Shown: positions 27,834-37,486 of the stretch, piece by piece
Layout: every line of letters begins with the position of its first letter
How positions within the stretch are numbered: the first letter of the stretch is position 1
Source: Eubacteriales bacterium
GTDB taxonomy: Bacteria > Bacillota > Clostridia > Oscillospirales > JAAYXM01
Assembly (NCBI GenBank): GCA_045636865.1
Contig: JAZTYJ010000004.1
Coordinates: 108,662-172,661, forward strand
Length of the DNA stretch: 64,000 bases
Direction: 5' to 3'
Translations under genes and position numbers: made by a program
Notes under the pieces: model-generated
The model's input: only the letters and a program-made list of their open reading frames with translations
Told to the model about the DNA's origin: nothing
Database searches by the model: none

Positions 27834-28460
27834 TTATTGATTTCTTACCTTTATCAAAAGTGCGCGACCACGGGCAACCGAAACTTCGGCCTTCTCTCCT
27901 TTGAGGGGTTCGTTGCTTATGCCGTATTGATAATCGGGTGAAATATCTGCATTCTCAAGAGGGAAAAGCGCACTCTTTATTGTAATTCCTTTCGCGCTTC
28001 CGTCGGAATTGATTACGGAAAAATAAGAAAAATCGTCTGTTATGTATTTTGGAGCAGCATCAACAATTTCCATTTCGGAGTAGTCGTCAACGAGTTTGCC
28101 GCTGCAGCCGTTTGAGTGGAGCACATGAAGAATTGAAATGTTTCCGAGAGTATGGTCAAGGCGTCCGCCGGCTGCTCCGATGAGGAGAAAATCCGAAAAG
28201 CCGCGTGAGAGCGCAAGCTTTGCGGCAAAGAAGGTGTCGGTGTCATCCTTCTCTCTGGGAAGCGTTATCGTCTCGCAGGGGAGTGTGGGTGTCGGGTGAG
28301 AATCGAAATCTCCTACTATAAGAGACGGAGACACACCGAGCTTTTCCATATGAAAAAGACCACTGTCGCAGAAAATATAAAAATCATCGTCATAAAGGTA
28401 GTTTTTTATGGCAGAATAATCTTTTATTTCCGCACCGCCTACTATTACACATCTCTTCAT
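27834..28460 (-). CDS. thiN: thiamine diphosphokinase
   Basis: VGGAEI...FCDSG...LIVGDFDS...DDTD motifs of the TPK family. Confidence 0.8.
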   Translation of the reverse strand: MKRCVIVGGAEIKDYSAIKNYLYDDDFYIFCDSGLFHMEKLGVSPSLIVGDFDSHPTPTLPCETITLPREKDDTDTFFAAKLALSRGFSDFLLIGAAGGRLDHTLGNISILHVLHSNGCSGKLVDDYSEMEIVDAAPKYITDDFSYFSVINSDGSAKGITIKSALFPLENADISPDYQYGISNEPLKGEKAEVSVARGRALLIKVRNQ

Positions 28461-28599
28461 AAAGTCATTCTCTCCTCGGGTTTTATGAATATATTATAAC
28501 CGACACGTAAATTTATTGCAATGAAAATTTCGGATGCTTGTCATATCCTGAGCGGATGAGAAATATACTTAAACAGAAAATTAAAAAGGAGAGAGTGAA

Positions 28600-30138
28600 A
28601 TGGAGCTTTTGCTTGATAAGAAGAAAAGTGAATATATGCATTGCTTTGACAAGGGCAGTGCGATCCATGAAGAGGCGACCGAAATAATAGTTTCTGACAA
28701 GAGTCCGGATATTCAACGCATAGTAAAAGGTGTTGGAAACGCATTTATAAAGAGCAAGGATGTAAGGGATGGCAGGATTTCTGTTGAGGGAACTATTAAA
28801 GGTGTTGTACTTTACATCGCGAGCGAGGAGAAGTGCCCAAGAAAGCTTGACGTTTCGATGCCGTTTTTTCACACATTCGAGTCAGATGGAGTAACCTCCG
28901 ATTCAAAGGTGCTCATAAAAGCTGTTATGCGCTCTTTTGATGTGCGTGAAATGAATCCGAGAAAGGTGTCTGTGCGTGCAAGTGTTGAACTTGCATACCG
29001 CGCATACAACATCTGTGAGGAGGAAATCTGCAGAGGTGTTATTGATGCCGAAAAGCACGGCGTAGAAGAAAAGCATACAACCATAGATAATTATCGCCCG
29101 ATAATGATCAAAGAGAAGAGCTTTTCGGTGAATGATGATATTGAGCTTTCGGGAAAAGACACAGAGCTTTCAGGTATTCTCGCAAGCGGAGTGATGCTTC
29201 TTCCGGGTGAGACGAAGGTGATAGGCAACAAGGCTATAGCAAAGGGCGTTTGCGAAGTAAATTATATCTACACGACCGAAGACGGAGTTTTGCACAGTGC
29301 AGAGCACGAGCTTCCGTTTTCTCACATACTTGATATCGAAGGTATGGAAGACGGTCACAATCTTGAAATTTCTCTCAAAGCATCAGGCTATGATCTTGAT
29401 GTTTCATACGACGCATCGGGAAAAGCTCGCTATATAACAGTAAGCGTTACTGCCGATATGAGCGCGCTTGTTTTTGAGAGAACGGAAATGAAAGCACTCT
29501 GTGATGCATACAGCACATCCTGTGATGCAGAAGTAAGCCGTATGGAATTTAGGAGTGCGCGGTATATCGACAAAACAGAAAAGAGAGTTCCGCATTCCGA
29601 AACGTTGCAGCTGCAAAACGGAGTTAAAAAAGTGCTTGGTGTTTCGGTTTTGCCTCAGCTTCCCGTACGCCGTCGCGAAAACGGAAGCGAGGTCGTCTCG
29701 GCTGACGTTGCAATCTCGGTGATGTATATCAGTGAAGATGATTTACTTTACACCGATTCCCGACGCGCGTGTGTCGTGTGTCCTGTCGAAATTAAGGAAA
29801 ACAGAGACTATGCGGTCACAACATCGGTTCGCGGGAAGGGATATTCGCAGGGGAACGATAAGGAACTGAACGTCAGATTTTTTGCGGACTTTGAAGTGAT
29901 CGAAACTGAAAACGAAAACACGGAGATTGTCTTAAAAATTGAGGCTGAAGAGGAGTGCGCGGACAAGAAAGCTAAATCTCCGAGCATCTGCGTGATGAGA
30001 GTATCCGAAAAGCGCGACATCTGGAGTATTGCGAAAGAACACAGAACGCGTGCGGATGAGATTTGCCTTGCGAACGGAATCGAAAACGAAGATTATGCGG
30101 ATAAGGGAAGAGTGTTGCTCATTCCGAAATGCAGATAA
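28600..30138 (+). CDS. DUF3794(SPOCS)-repeat protein with C-terminal LysM; SipL/SpoVID-like
   Basis: 512 aa. DUF3794-like repeats (RISVEGTIKGVVLYI) and a C-terminal LysM (DIWSIAKEHRTRADEICLANGI...RVLLIPK). Confidence 0.55.
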   Translation: MELLLDKKKSEYMHCFDKGSAIHEEATEIIVSDKSPDIQRIVKGVGNAFIKSKDVRDGRISVEGTIKGVVLYIASEEKCPRKLDVSMPFFHTFESDGVTSDSKVLIKAVMRSFDVREMNPRKVSVRASVELAYRAYNICEEEICRGVIDAEKHGVEEKHTTIDNYRPIMIKEKSFSVNDDIELSGKDTELSGILASGVMLLPGETKVIGNKAIAKGVCEVNYIYTTEDGVLHSAEHELPFSHILDIEGMEDGHNLEISLKASGYDLDVSYDASGKARYITVSVTADMSALVFERTEMKALCDAYSTSCDAEVSRMEFRSARYIDKTEKRVPHSETLQLQNGVKKVLGVSVLPQLPVRRRENGSEVVSADVAISVMYISEDDLLYTDSRRACVVCPVEIKENRDYAVTTSVRGKGYSQGNDKELNVRFFADFEVIETENENTEIVLKIEAEEECADKKAKSPSICVMRVSEKRDIWSIAKEHRTRADEICLANGIENEDYADKGRVLLIPKCR

Positions 30139-30141
30139 AAA

Positions 30142-30168
30142 AAGCCGATGCGTCTTGCGCATCGGCTT
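30142..30168. terminator. bidirectional intrinsic terminator
   Basis: aagccgatgcg-5 nt-cgcatcggctt, with an A-run upstream. Confidence 0.75.
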
Positions 30169-30179
30169 ATACTTTTAAA

Positions 30180-31226
30180 TTAAAGATCGAGCTTTAAATC
30201 GTTTTCTTTTATCCATCCGAGCTTTCGGCAGAGAAGACCGAGAACGGCGCAGATAACAGCAGGGAGAATAAAGTGGCAAAGGAGCATTGATATCCATTGA
30301 TATGCGCCAACCGCAATACCGTCGCTTACCCATCCTGTGTATGTACCTATCTGACCGACGAGACCGCAGGTTCCCATACCGGATGAAACGGGAGCACCGT
30401 TCATTTCAAGCTTAAAGAGGCAGGTTGAAATCGGACCCATAATTGCGGATGTGAGAATAGGTGCTATCCAGATCTTCGGATTCTTGACGATGTTGCCCAT
30501 CTGGAGCATACTTGTTCCAAGTCCCTGTGCGGCGATTCCGCCCCAGCCGTTTTCACGGAAGCTCATAAGTGCAAAACCGACCATCTGTGCACAGCAGCCT
30601 GCAAGAGCCGCGCCGCCTGCAAGACCGGTAAGTGAAAGACCTGCGCAGATAGCGGCACTTGAGATGGGGAGAGTGAGCGCGATGCCGACAACTGCGGAGA
30701 CAATAATTCCCATAAGGAATGGGTGGAGAGTTGTTGCATACATAATAAGCTCACCGAGGGATTTTGCGGCAATTCCGATAGGTTCGGCTATGACCATCGC
30801 AACGAGAATACCTGAGCAGATAGTAACGATCGGTGTAACGATAATATCAAGCTTTGTTTCCTTACTTACGACCTTTCCGAGCTCTGCGGCAATTATCGTA
30901 ATGATAAGGACTGCAAATGCGCCACCCGCACCACCAAGCTCGTTTGCCGCAACACCTACGGAAGTGAGCGAGAAAAGGACGAGCGGAGGAGCTTTGAGAG
31001 CATAGCCGATGGCGATTGCCATCGCGGCACCCTGCGCGCCTTTTGCAAAGTTTCCGACGGTGACGAGTGTCTCAATTCCAAACTGCTGACCGATGGTCGA
31101 GATGATCGTGCCGATGAGAAGTGATGCAAAAAGACCTTGAGCCATAGCTCCAAGCGCATCTATAAAATAGCGTTTGAGCGAAAACTCAATGTCCTTCCGT
31201 TTTAAAAAAGCTGATATTTTCTTCAC
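30180..31226 (-). CDS. PTS EIIC_2-type polytopic membrane protein (orphan, no EIIA/EIIB nearby)
   Basis: GTG start with AGGAGG 8 nt upstream. 348 aa, Gly/Ala-rich multi-TM protein. Family recalled from memory only. Confidence 0.45.
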   Translation of the reverse strand: MKKISAFLKRKDIEFSLKRYFIDALGAMAQGLFASLLIGTIISTIGQQFGIETLVTVGNFAKGAQGAAMAIAIGYALKAPPLVLFSLTSVGVAANELGGAGGAFAVLIITIIAAELGKVVSKETKLDIIVTPIVTICSGILVAMVIAEPIGIAAKSLGELIMYATTLHPFLMGIIVSAVVGIALTLPISSAAICAGLSLTGLAGGAALAGCCAQMVGFALMSFRENGWGGIAAQGLGTSMLQMGNIVKNPKIWIAPILTSAIMGPISTCLFKLEMNGAPVSSGMGTCGLVGQIGTYTGWVSDGIAVGAYQWISMLLCHFILPAVICAVLGLLCRKLGWIKENDLKLDL

Positions 31227-31380
31227 AGAAAAGACCTCCTAAGTTTGTCGAAAAAACGACTTGATTTTAATGAATATTTTACCACAAATTCATTGGATGT
31301 CAATAAATTTGGTTGATTTTTTAAAGCATATTTAATATAATTAAATATATATTATGCAGATTTAAGGTTGAGGTGGAACA

Positions 31381-32544
31381 ATGAAAAATGAAAAGAAAAA
31401 GCAGAGTCTGATATATTTGCTGACGATTATATTCTCAATCATCTTTGTTCTTGTCGGAAGCTTTGTGTGCAAGCCTGATTCTTTTGATGAGGGCGGAGAG
31501 ATTTATTACAGGGCAGAGGTTTTGTCTGTCGGAGATGTCGAGGAAACCGAATACAGCCTTGATGATGGGGAAACTATGGTTACATATAAGAGGATAGTGT
31601 TTGATGCGCTTGTGAAAAACGGACCGTACAAGGGTGATACCATCGAAGTTGTTCAGGATGTTGACAATATGTATGCGTATCAGCCGCGCGACGTAAAGAC
31701 AGGCGATAAGATTCTTATTTCGCGTCCCGGATATGACCTTGCCGACGATTCGATTGAGTGGATATTTATTGAGCACAACCGCGTCGGAAAGATAGCTTTT
31801 CTTGTCATTGCATTCCTGCTTTTGATCCTAATCATCGGAAGACGAAAGGGTGTGGCGACGATAGTTTCGCTCATCTTCACCGTGCTTGCAATATTTATGG
31901 TGTATGTTCCGTCTATCCTTAAGGGATATAATATTTACGTTATGACGATGATAATAAGCGTCTTCACGATATTTATGAGCCTTATCCTGATTGCGGGTTG
32001 GGAGAAGAAAACCGCCTGCGCGATATTCGGAAATACAATGGGCGTCGTGATTTCGGGTATTCTCACAATCGTTGTAAGTCGCGCGTGGGCACTTACGGGT
32101 ATGATAGATCAGGACTATGTTCTCCTTACTCTTATGGATACACCTGTTGATCTTCTTGCGCTCATCTGGGGTGGTGTTGTCATCGGCGCGCTCGGCGCGA
32201 TTATGGACGTTGCGATGTCTATCGCATCAGCTATGAATGAATTAAACGAAGAAATGAGAGATAAATCGTTTGGAAGAATGCTTCGCTCGGGAATGAACAT
32301 CGGTCGCGACGCGATAGGAACAATGACGAATACGCTCATCCTCGCATATATCGGCGGTGCGCTTGCAACGGTGCTTTTGCTTGTTGCATACAACAAGAAT
32401 CTATACTATCTCTTTAATATGGAGATGATAATGGCTGAAATCCTCTCTGCCGTCGTCGGAAGCATCGGTATCCTCGCGGCAGTCCCCGCAACGGCGCTCT
32501 TCTCGGCGTATATATTCAATAGAGATAAAAAAGAAGATATGTAA
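31381..32544 (+). CDS. YibE/F family membrane protein
   Basis: N-terminal TM and extracellular domain, then a 6-7 TM core with GAIMDVAMSIASAMNEL. Confidence 0.7.
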   Translation: MKNEKKKQSLIYLLTIIFSIIFVLVGSFVCKPDSFDEGGEIYYRAEVLSVGDVEETEYSLDDGETMVTYKRIVFDALVKNGPYKGDTIEVVQDVDNMYAYQPRDVKTGDKILISRPGYDLADDSIEWIFIEHNRVGKIAFLVIAFLLLILIIGRRKGVATIVSLIFTVLAIFMVYVPSILKGYNIYVMTMIISVFTIFMSLILIAGWEKKTACAIFGNTMGVVISGILTIVVSRAWALTGMIDQDYVLLTLMDTPVDLLALIWGGVVIGALGAIMDVAMSIASAMNELNEEMRDKSFGRMLRSGMNIGRDAIGTMTNTLILAYIGGALATVLLLVAYNKNLYYLFNMEMIMAEILSAVVGSIGILAAVPATALFSAYIFNRDKKEDM

Positions 32545-32548
32545 AAAA

Positions 32549-32576
32549 CGGTGTGCCAAGTGGCACACCGTTTTTC
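32549..32576. terminator. bidirectional intrinsic terminator
   Basis: cggtgtgcca/tggcacaccg hairpin flanked by AAAAAA and TTTTT. Confidence 0.75.
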
Positions 32577-33229
32577 TATATCTTTTCAATTATTTCAAGA
32601 AGCTCTTTTGCGTCTTTTGCAATATGTGTTGCGCCGGCCTCTTTTAAGGTGCCTTCGTCGCGGAATCCCCACGAAACCGAGATGCAGGGGATGCCCGAAT
32701 TGTTCGCCGTTGTGATGTCAACTTCCGAATCGCCTATGTAAACTGCAGAGTCGACTTCTTCGCCAAGCTTCTCTATTGCATAATGCACCATATCGGGGGC
32801 CGGTTTTTTGGGGAGAAAGTCACAGTTTCCGAGTGTAAAGTCGCAAACGTCGGAAAAGTACTTTTTAAAGAGTCCCTGAACTGCATCGTCGTGCTTGTTT
32901 GAGACTATTGCAAGCTTACAGCCCTTTTTCTTCAAGGTGTAAAGCAGCTCAATCATACCGTCATACGGGGCAGTTTTGTTTGTTTTATTCGTTTCATAAT
33001 GCGCTTTGAAATCCGCGAGAGTTTTTTCGATTGTCTCGTCATTTGCGCCGTCGGGAAGCGAGCGAATAATAAGATTTCGCGCACCGTTTCCGACAAACGT
33101 TCTGATTTCTTCAAGCGAGCGACAAGGAAATCCGCCTTTCTTAAGTGCAACATTTACGCTGTCGCGAAGATCATCGAGTGTGTTTAAAATAGTACCATCA
33201 AGGTCTAAAATAATTGTTTTTCTGTTCAT
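32576..33229 (-). CDS. HAD-superfamily hydrolase (phosphoglycolate phosphatase-like)
   Basis: DLDGTIL motif I, VSNK motif II and GDSEVD motif IV. Confidence 0.8.
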   Translation of the reverse strand: MNRKTIILDLDGTILNTLDDLRDSVNVALKKGGFPCRSLEEIRTFVGNGARNLIIRSLPDGANDETIEKTLADFKAHYETNKTNKTAPYDGMIELLYTLKKKGCKLAIVSNKHDDAVQGLFKKYFSDVCDFTLGNCDFLPKKPAPDMVHYAIEKLGEEVDSAVYIGDSEVDITTANNSGIPCISVSWGFRDEGTLKEAGATHIAKDAKELLEIIEKI

Positions 33230-33247
33230 AAGTAAGTGAAGACTCCG

Positions 33248-33880
33248 TTATGGTTTTGAATATGTTTTGCAAAATGCTTTGATTATACACTCTTCGCATT
33301 TCGGTTTTGCCGCCGAGCAGACAGCGCGTCCGTGGTGGACGAAACGGTGGCAGAGATCGTTCTGTTCATCCGGAGGAACAATCTCCTTCAATTGAAATTC
33401 AACGTGCTTCGGGTCTTTTGACGTGCAAAGTCCGAGCCTGTTTGAAATGCGGATACAATGGGTGTCCGCAACGACGGCGGGTTTTTTGAAGATGTCGCCG
33501 AGAATTAAGTTCGCAGTCTTTCTGCCAACACCCGGAAGAGATAAAAGCTCTTCCATGGTATCGGGGACAACACCGCCAAATTTTTCGATCAGCATATTTG
33601 CAGATGCGCGGATATCACGCGCCTTCATTCTGAAAACTCCGCAGGGATGAACTATCCGCTCAAGATCCTCAATATCGCAATTTGCGATAGATGAAAGCGA
33701 CGGGTATTTTGCAAAAAGTTCTTTCGTAACAATGTTTACGCGCGCGTCAGTGCACTGTGCGGAAAGCCGTGTCGCAAAGAGGAGCTGATACGGTTCTTCG
33801 TATGTCAGCGAGCATTCGGCGAGAGGGTATTCCTTCTTAAGCCCCTCAACGATGCCGCAAACTCTTTCTTTAAGCCTCAT
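33248..33880 (-). CDS. nth: endonuclease III
   Basis: HhH-GPD (LPGVGRKTANL), a catalytic Asp region and an FeS loop C-x6-C-x2-C-x5-C (CSAAKPKCEECIIKAFC). Confidence 0.9.
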   Translation of the reverse strand: MRLKERVCGIVEGLKKEYPLAECSLTYEEPYQLLFATRLSAQCTDARVNIVTKELFAKYPSLSSIANCDIEDLERIVHPCGVFRMKARDIRASANMLIEKFGGVVPDTMEELLSLPGVGRKTANLILGDIFKKPAVVADTHCIRISNRLGLCTSKDPKHVEFQLKEIVPPDEQNDLCHRFVHHGRAVCSAAKPKCEECIIKAFCKTYSKP

Positions 33881-33890
33881 ATCAATACCT

Positions 33891-34034
33891 TTATTCTTCT
33901 TCTGCGGATTCTTCTTTCGGATTGTTCAACTTGTTTTTCTTGTTTGCAAGAAAATATCCGAATGAAACGAATGCCGCACCTAAAAATGCAAGGAATCCGA
34001 AAAATTTAAAAATGAAAGAGAAGAATTTTTTCAT
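33891..34034 (-). CDS. small membrane protein (47 aa), below the ORF-track cutoff
   Basis: MKKFFSFIFKFFGFLAFLGAAFVSFGYFLANKKNKLNNPKEESAEEE. GAGG lies 8 nt upstream. The ORF exactly fills the comEB-nth gap. Confidence 0.45.
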   Translation of the reverse strand: MKKFFSFIFKFFGFLAFLGAAFVSFGYFLANKKNKLNNPKEESAEEE

Positions 34035-34044
34035 GGTATGTACC

Positions 34045-34536
34045 TCAATATCCTTTCACTGAATCGTCGAGTGAGTCATCGTTTTTAACCCAGTCATCTA
34101 CAAGAGTTATCGTGTATTCTGTCGGAGTGTTGCGGATAACAACACGCTCAATGCCCGCATTGATTATAAGGCGTTTGCACATTGCACAGGAGGATGCGTT
34201 TTCAACAAGCTCACCCGTCTTCATATCGCGACCGACAAGATAGAGAGTTGAACCGAGCATTTCAGAGCGAGGTGCCGCGATGATGGCGTTTGCCTCTGCG
34301 TGAACGCTGCGGCAAAGTTCGTAACGCTCGCCACGAGGAATTCCGAGTTGCTCGCGGCGGCAGAAGCCGAGGTCCGAGCAGTTGCATCGTCCGCGCGGTG
34401 CACCTGTGTATCCTGTTGAGATTATTGAATCGTGGCGGACAATTATTGCGCCGAAATTTCTGCGAAGGCATGTGCCGCGTTCAAGCACGGTTTCTGCGAT
34501 GTCGAGATAGTAGTTGAATTTGTCTGTTCTTTGCAT
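34045..34536 (-). CDS. comEB: dCMP deaminase (ComEB family)
   Basis: HAEANAI and PCAMCKRLI zinc motifs. ATG at 34536 with RBS AAGAGGTG. Confidence 0.85.
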   Translation of the reverse strand: MQRTDKFNYYLDIAETVLERGTCLRRNFGAIIVRHDSIISTGYTGAPRGRCNCSDLGFCRREQLGIPRGERYELCRSVHAEANAIIAAPRSEMLGSTLYLVGRDMKTGELVENASSCAMCKRLIINAGIERVVIRNTPTEYTITLVDDWVKNDDSLDDSVKGY

Positions 34537-34550
34537 ATAAAACACCTCTT

Positions 34551-35234
34551 TTAATTGGTTTTGATTTTTCCGTCTGAAATTTCCATAATGCGTGATGCGC
34601 GATTTGCTACTTTCATATCGTGCGTAATCAGAATTATTGTTGTTCCGCCCAGATGAAGCTCCGACAAGATTGAGAGGATTTCTTCTCCCGATGCCGAGTC
34701 GAGATTGCCTGTCGGTTCGTCTGCAAGGATGACGGACGGCTTTTGCGAAATGGCACGCGCTATTGCAACGCGCTGTTGCTGACCGCCCGAGAGCTCACAC
34801 GGTCGGTGAGAAATGCGCTCCGAGAGTCCTACCCGACAAAGTGCATCCTTTGCGATGTCGTGCCTTTTGCCTTCGGGGATTTTTGCATACATCATCGGAA
34901 GCTCAACATTTTCAAGCGCCGTCATTTTATCAAGGAGATTGAATCCCTGAAAGATGAATCCGATTTTTCTGTTACGGATTTTTGAAAGCTGTGATTTTGA
35001 GAGGTTTGAAACATCCCTGTTATCAAGCTTGTATGTTCCGCTTGTAGGGCGGTCAAGACAACCGAGAATGTTCATAAGTGTGCTCTTTCCCGAGCCTGAT
35101 GAGCCGACTATTGCAATAAACTCACCTTTTTCTACGCGGAAGCTGATGTTTTTAAGAGCCGAAACCTCAACTGACGCCGTTTTATAAATCTTCGAGAGAT
35201 TTGAAATTTCAATCAAAACTCTGTCTCCTGTCAT
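34551..35234 (-). CDS. ABC transporter ATP-binding protein (MacB/LolD/FtsE-like)
   Basis: [23 protein letters not shown] and [11 protein letters not shown]. An alternative TTG start at 35216 has a better RBS. Confidence 0.9.
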   Translation of the reverse strand: MTGDRVLIEISNLSKIYKTASVEVSALKNISFRVEKGEFIAIVGSSGSGKSTLMNILGCLDRPTSGTYKLDNRDVSNLSKSQLSKIRNRKIGFIFQGFNLLDKMTALENVELPMMYAKIPEGKRHDIAKDALCRVGLSERISHRPCELSGGQQQRVAIARAISQKPSVILADEPTGNLDSASGEEILSILSELHLGGTTIILITHDMKVANRASRIMEISDGKIKTN

Positions 35235-35272
35235 TATATTATAATGATAGTTTTGCCTCGGGGTGCAAAGAT

Positions 35273-36145
35273 TTATACGTTTGATTTGATGTTCGGTTTA
35301 AATCCGAAGCCGAGAACCTCGTGTGTGCTCATAACTATCATAAAAGCATCGTTGTCAGCCTCACGGACGAGGTCCTTGAGTGCGCCGATCTGATTCGGGT
35401 TTATCGCACACATAAGCATTTTTCTCGGTTGATTTGTGTATGCGCCCTCGCCTGTAAGGATGGTTGCACCGTGACCAATCTTTTCAATGACAAGGCGTCC
35501 GAGCTCCGGTGCCTTATCGCTTATGATGTACGCAAGCTTGTCTGTTGTGAAGCCGTAGAGAATACCGTCTGTTGCGATTGATGCGGCATACATTTTGATG
35601 ATTGCATAAAGAACGCTGTTTACATTTCTGAAGGCAAAAGCTGAAATAAGAACGATTATCGCATCCGTTATAAGAACGAGCCGACCGATAGACATACCCG
35701 TAAACTTCTGCTTTGCAACGATACCTACGATGTCAGAGCCTGCAGTTGAGCCGCCACGGAGAAAAACGAGACCGAGGCCGAGCCCTGTGCCGAGACCGCC
35801 GTAAATCGAGCAGAGGAGAGGATCTGTGGAGAGTGGCGGAAGCCATTCTGTGAGATACATAACGACGGAGAGGGAAATTGAAGCAAAAATCGTTTTTGCC
35901 ATAAAGCGACCGCCGATTCTGACCGTTCCGAGAACGAGAAACGGAATGTTTACAAGCAAGGTGAGAAGACCCATTGAAAGCTTTGGGAAGAAGTAGTTGA
36001 AGACCATTGAGATACCCGTTATGCCGCCCATTGCAATCTGCGTATCTGAATTTTTGATAAAGAGGTTGAATGAGATTGCAAACAGCGCCGCACCTATAAA
36101 TGATATGACATAGTCGATAATTGTTTTTCTGATGTTTTTGTTCAT
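35273..36145 (-). CDS. YitT family membrane protein (DUF2179 C-terminal domain)
   Basis: N-terminal multi-TM YitT-like region plus a C-terminal soluble domain. 290 aa. Confidence 0.75.
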   Translation of the reverse strand: MNKNIRKTIIDYVISFIGAALFAISFNLFIKNSDTQIAMGGITGISMVFNYFFPKLSMGLLTLLVNIPFLVLGTVRIGGRFMAKTIFASISLSVVMYLTEWLPPLSTDPLLCSIYGGLGTGLGLGLVFLRGGSTAGSDIVGIVAKQKFTGMSIGRLVLITDAIIVLISAFAFRNVNSVLYAIIKMYAASIATDGILYGFTTDKLAYIISDKAPELGRLVIEKIGHGATILTGEGAYTNQPRKMLMCAINPNQIGALKDLVREADNDAFMIVMSTHEVLGFGFKPNIKSNV

Positions 36146-36307
36146 TTATATTGTCTCTCCCGTGAAAAAATGTTATAATGTGTAAAGTGGTGTTTGCCGG
36201 TTGATGCAAACTTGTATTTACATCGCGATATCCCACTATTATACTATAATATTCTTATATTATAATATCACGTTATTCACATTCTTTCAAGATTAAGGAG
36301 CAGAAAA

Positions 36308-37444
36308 ATGAAAGTAAAAGTAGAAAAAGCGTATAACAACGGTGCAGTGTTGAATGATACCGTAATCGAAATCGAAAACGGAAGATTTTCGGGATTTTCG
36401 TCGGGAGAAGATTTTGATCTTGACCTTGGTGCATATAAGGTCTTTCCCGGTTTTATAGATATGCACACTCACGGCGGATACTCGATAGAGGCAGTTTCGG
36501 CATCATTTGATGAGCTTGACACTCTCTCGAAGTATTATGCGTCGTGCGGCGCGGCAGAGTTCTGCGCGACAACCGTTACGGAGTCGATAGATAATCTTGT
36601 CAAGGCAGAAAAAAGGATAGTAAAGCGAATGGCCGCCGGCACAAGCGGCGCTCACATCGCAGGCATCTATCTTGAGGGGCCGTTCTTGTCGCACGCATTT
36701 CGCGGAGCACACGAGGAAAGTCTCTTGAAGACTCCGACAAAGGAGGATATAAAGCGTCTTATTGATGCAGGCGAAGGAAACTTGCGTGTCGTTTCGATAG
36801 CTCCCGAAATTGAGGGTGCGGAAGACGCGATAAAATACCTTACGGAAAACGGAATAAAGGTCTCACTCGGACATTCGGGCGCGACGGAAGAAGAGGCAAA
36901 CCGCGGCTTTTCTGCCGGCGGAAGTATTGCGATACATACATATAATGCGATGAAGGGCTTGAATCACAGAGAGCCGGGAATGCTCGGTGCAAGTCTCGCG
37001 AGAGACGACGTCTTTGGCGAAATTATATGCGATTTTCTCCACGTTGCCCCCACACCGATAAAAATCGCCCTTCGCTGCAAGGGAAAGGACAAGATCGTTT
37101 TCATAACCGACTCGATTGTTACGGCAGGACTTCCTGACGGAAACTATATGTCGGGCGCACTTCCCGTCGTCGTAAAGGACGGTGTTGCAAGAGCTGAAAA
37201 CGGAGCACTTGCAGGCTCATCAATCGCAATAAACCGCGCTTTTGCAAATGTTGTAAAAACTATCGGAGTGCCGGTTGAGGATGCAATGCTCGGAGTTACG
37301 AAGAATCCGGCAGAGGCACTCGGTCTTTATGACGAAATCGGTTCAATTGAGAAGGGGAAACGCGCGCACCTTACCGTGCTTGATGATAATTTCAATGTCG
37401 TTATGACAATCGTAGACGGAAAGGTTGTTTATAAAAACGTATAA
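36308..37444 (+). CDS. nagA: N-acetylglucosamine-6-phosphate deacetylase
   Basis: FPGFIDMHTHGG, LEGPF, GHS and HTYNAM motifs. Confidence 0.9.
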   Translation: MKVKVEKAYNNGAVLNDTVIEIENGRFSGFSSGEDFDLDLGAYKVFPGFIDMHTHGGYSIEAVSASFDELDTLSKYYASCGAAEFCATTVTESIDNLVKAEKRIVKRMAAGTSGAHIAGIYLEGPFLSHAFRGAHEESLLKTPTKEDIKRLIDAGEGNLRVVSIAPEIEGAEDAIKYLTENGIKVSLGHSGATEEEANRGFSAGGSIAIHTYNAMKGLNHREPGMLGASLARDDVFGEIICDFLHVAPTPIKIALRCKGKDKIVFITDSIVTAGLPDGNYMSGALPVVVKDGVARAENGALAGSSIAINRAFANVVKTIGVPVEDAMLGVTKNPAEALGLYDEIGSIEKGKRAHLTVLDDNFNVVMTIVDGKVVYKNV

Positions 37445-37456
37445 GATACTTTTTTG

Positions 37457-37486
37457 TTGACAAAGATATATTTTAAGGAATATAAT
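37457..37486 (+). promoter_or_regulatory. mgtE promoter, TTGACA-18 nt-TATAAT
   Basis: -35 at 37457-37462 and -10 at 37481-37486. This leaves a leader of about 185 nt. Confidence 0.6.
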
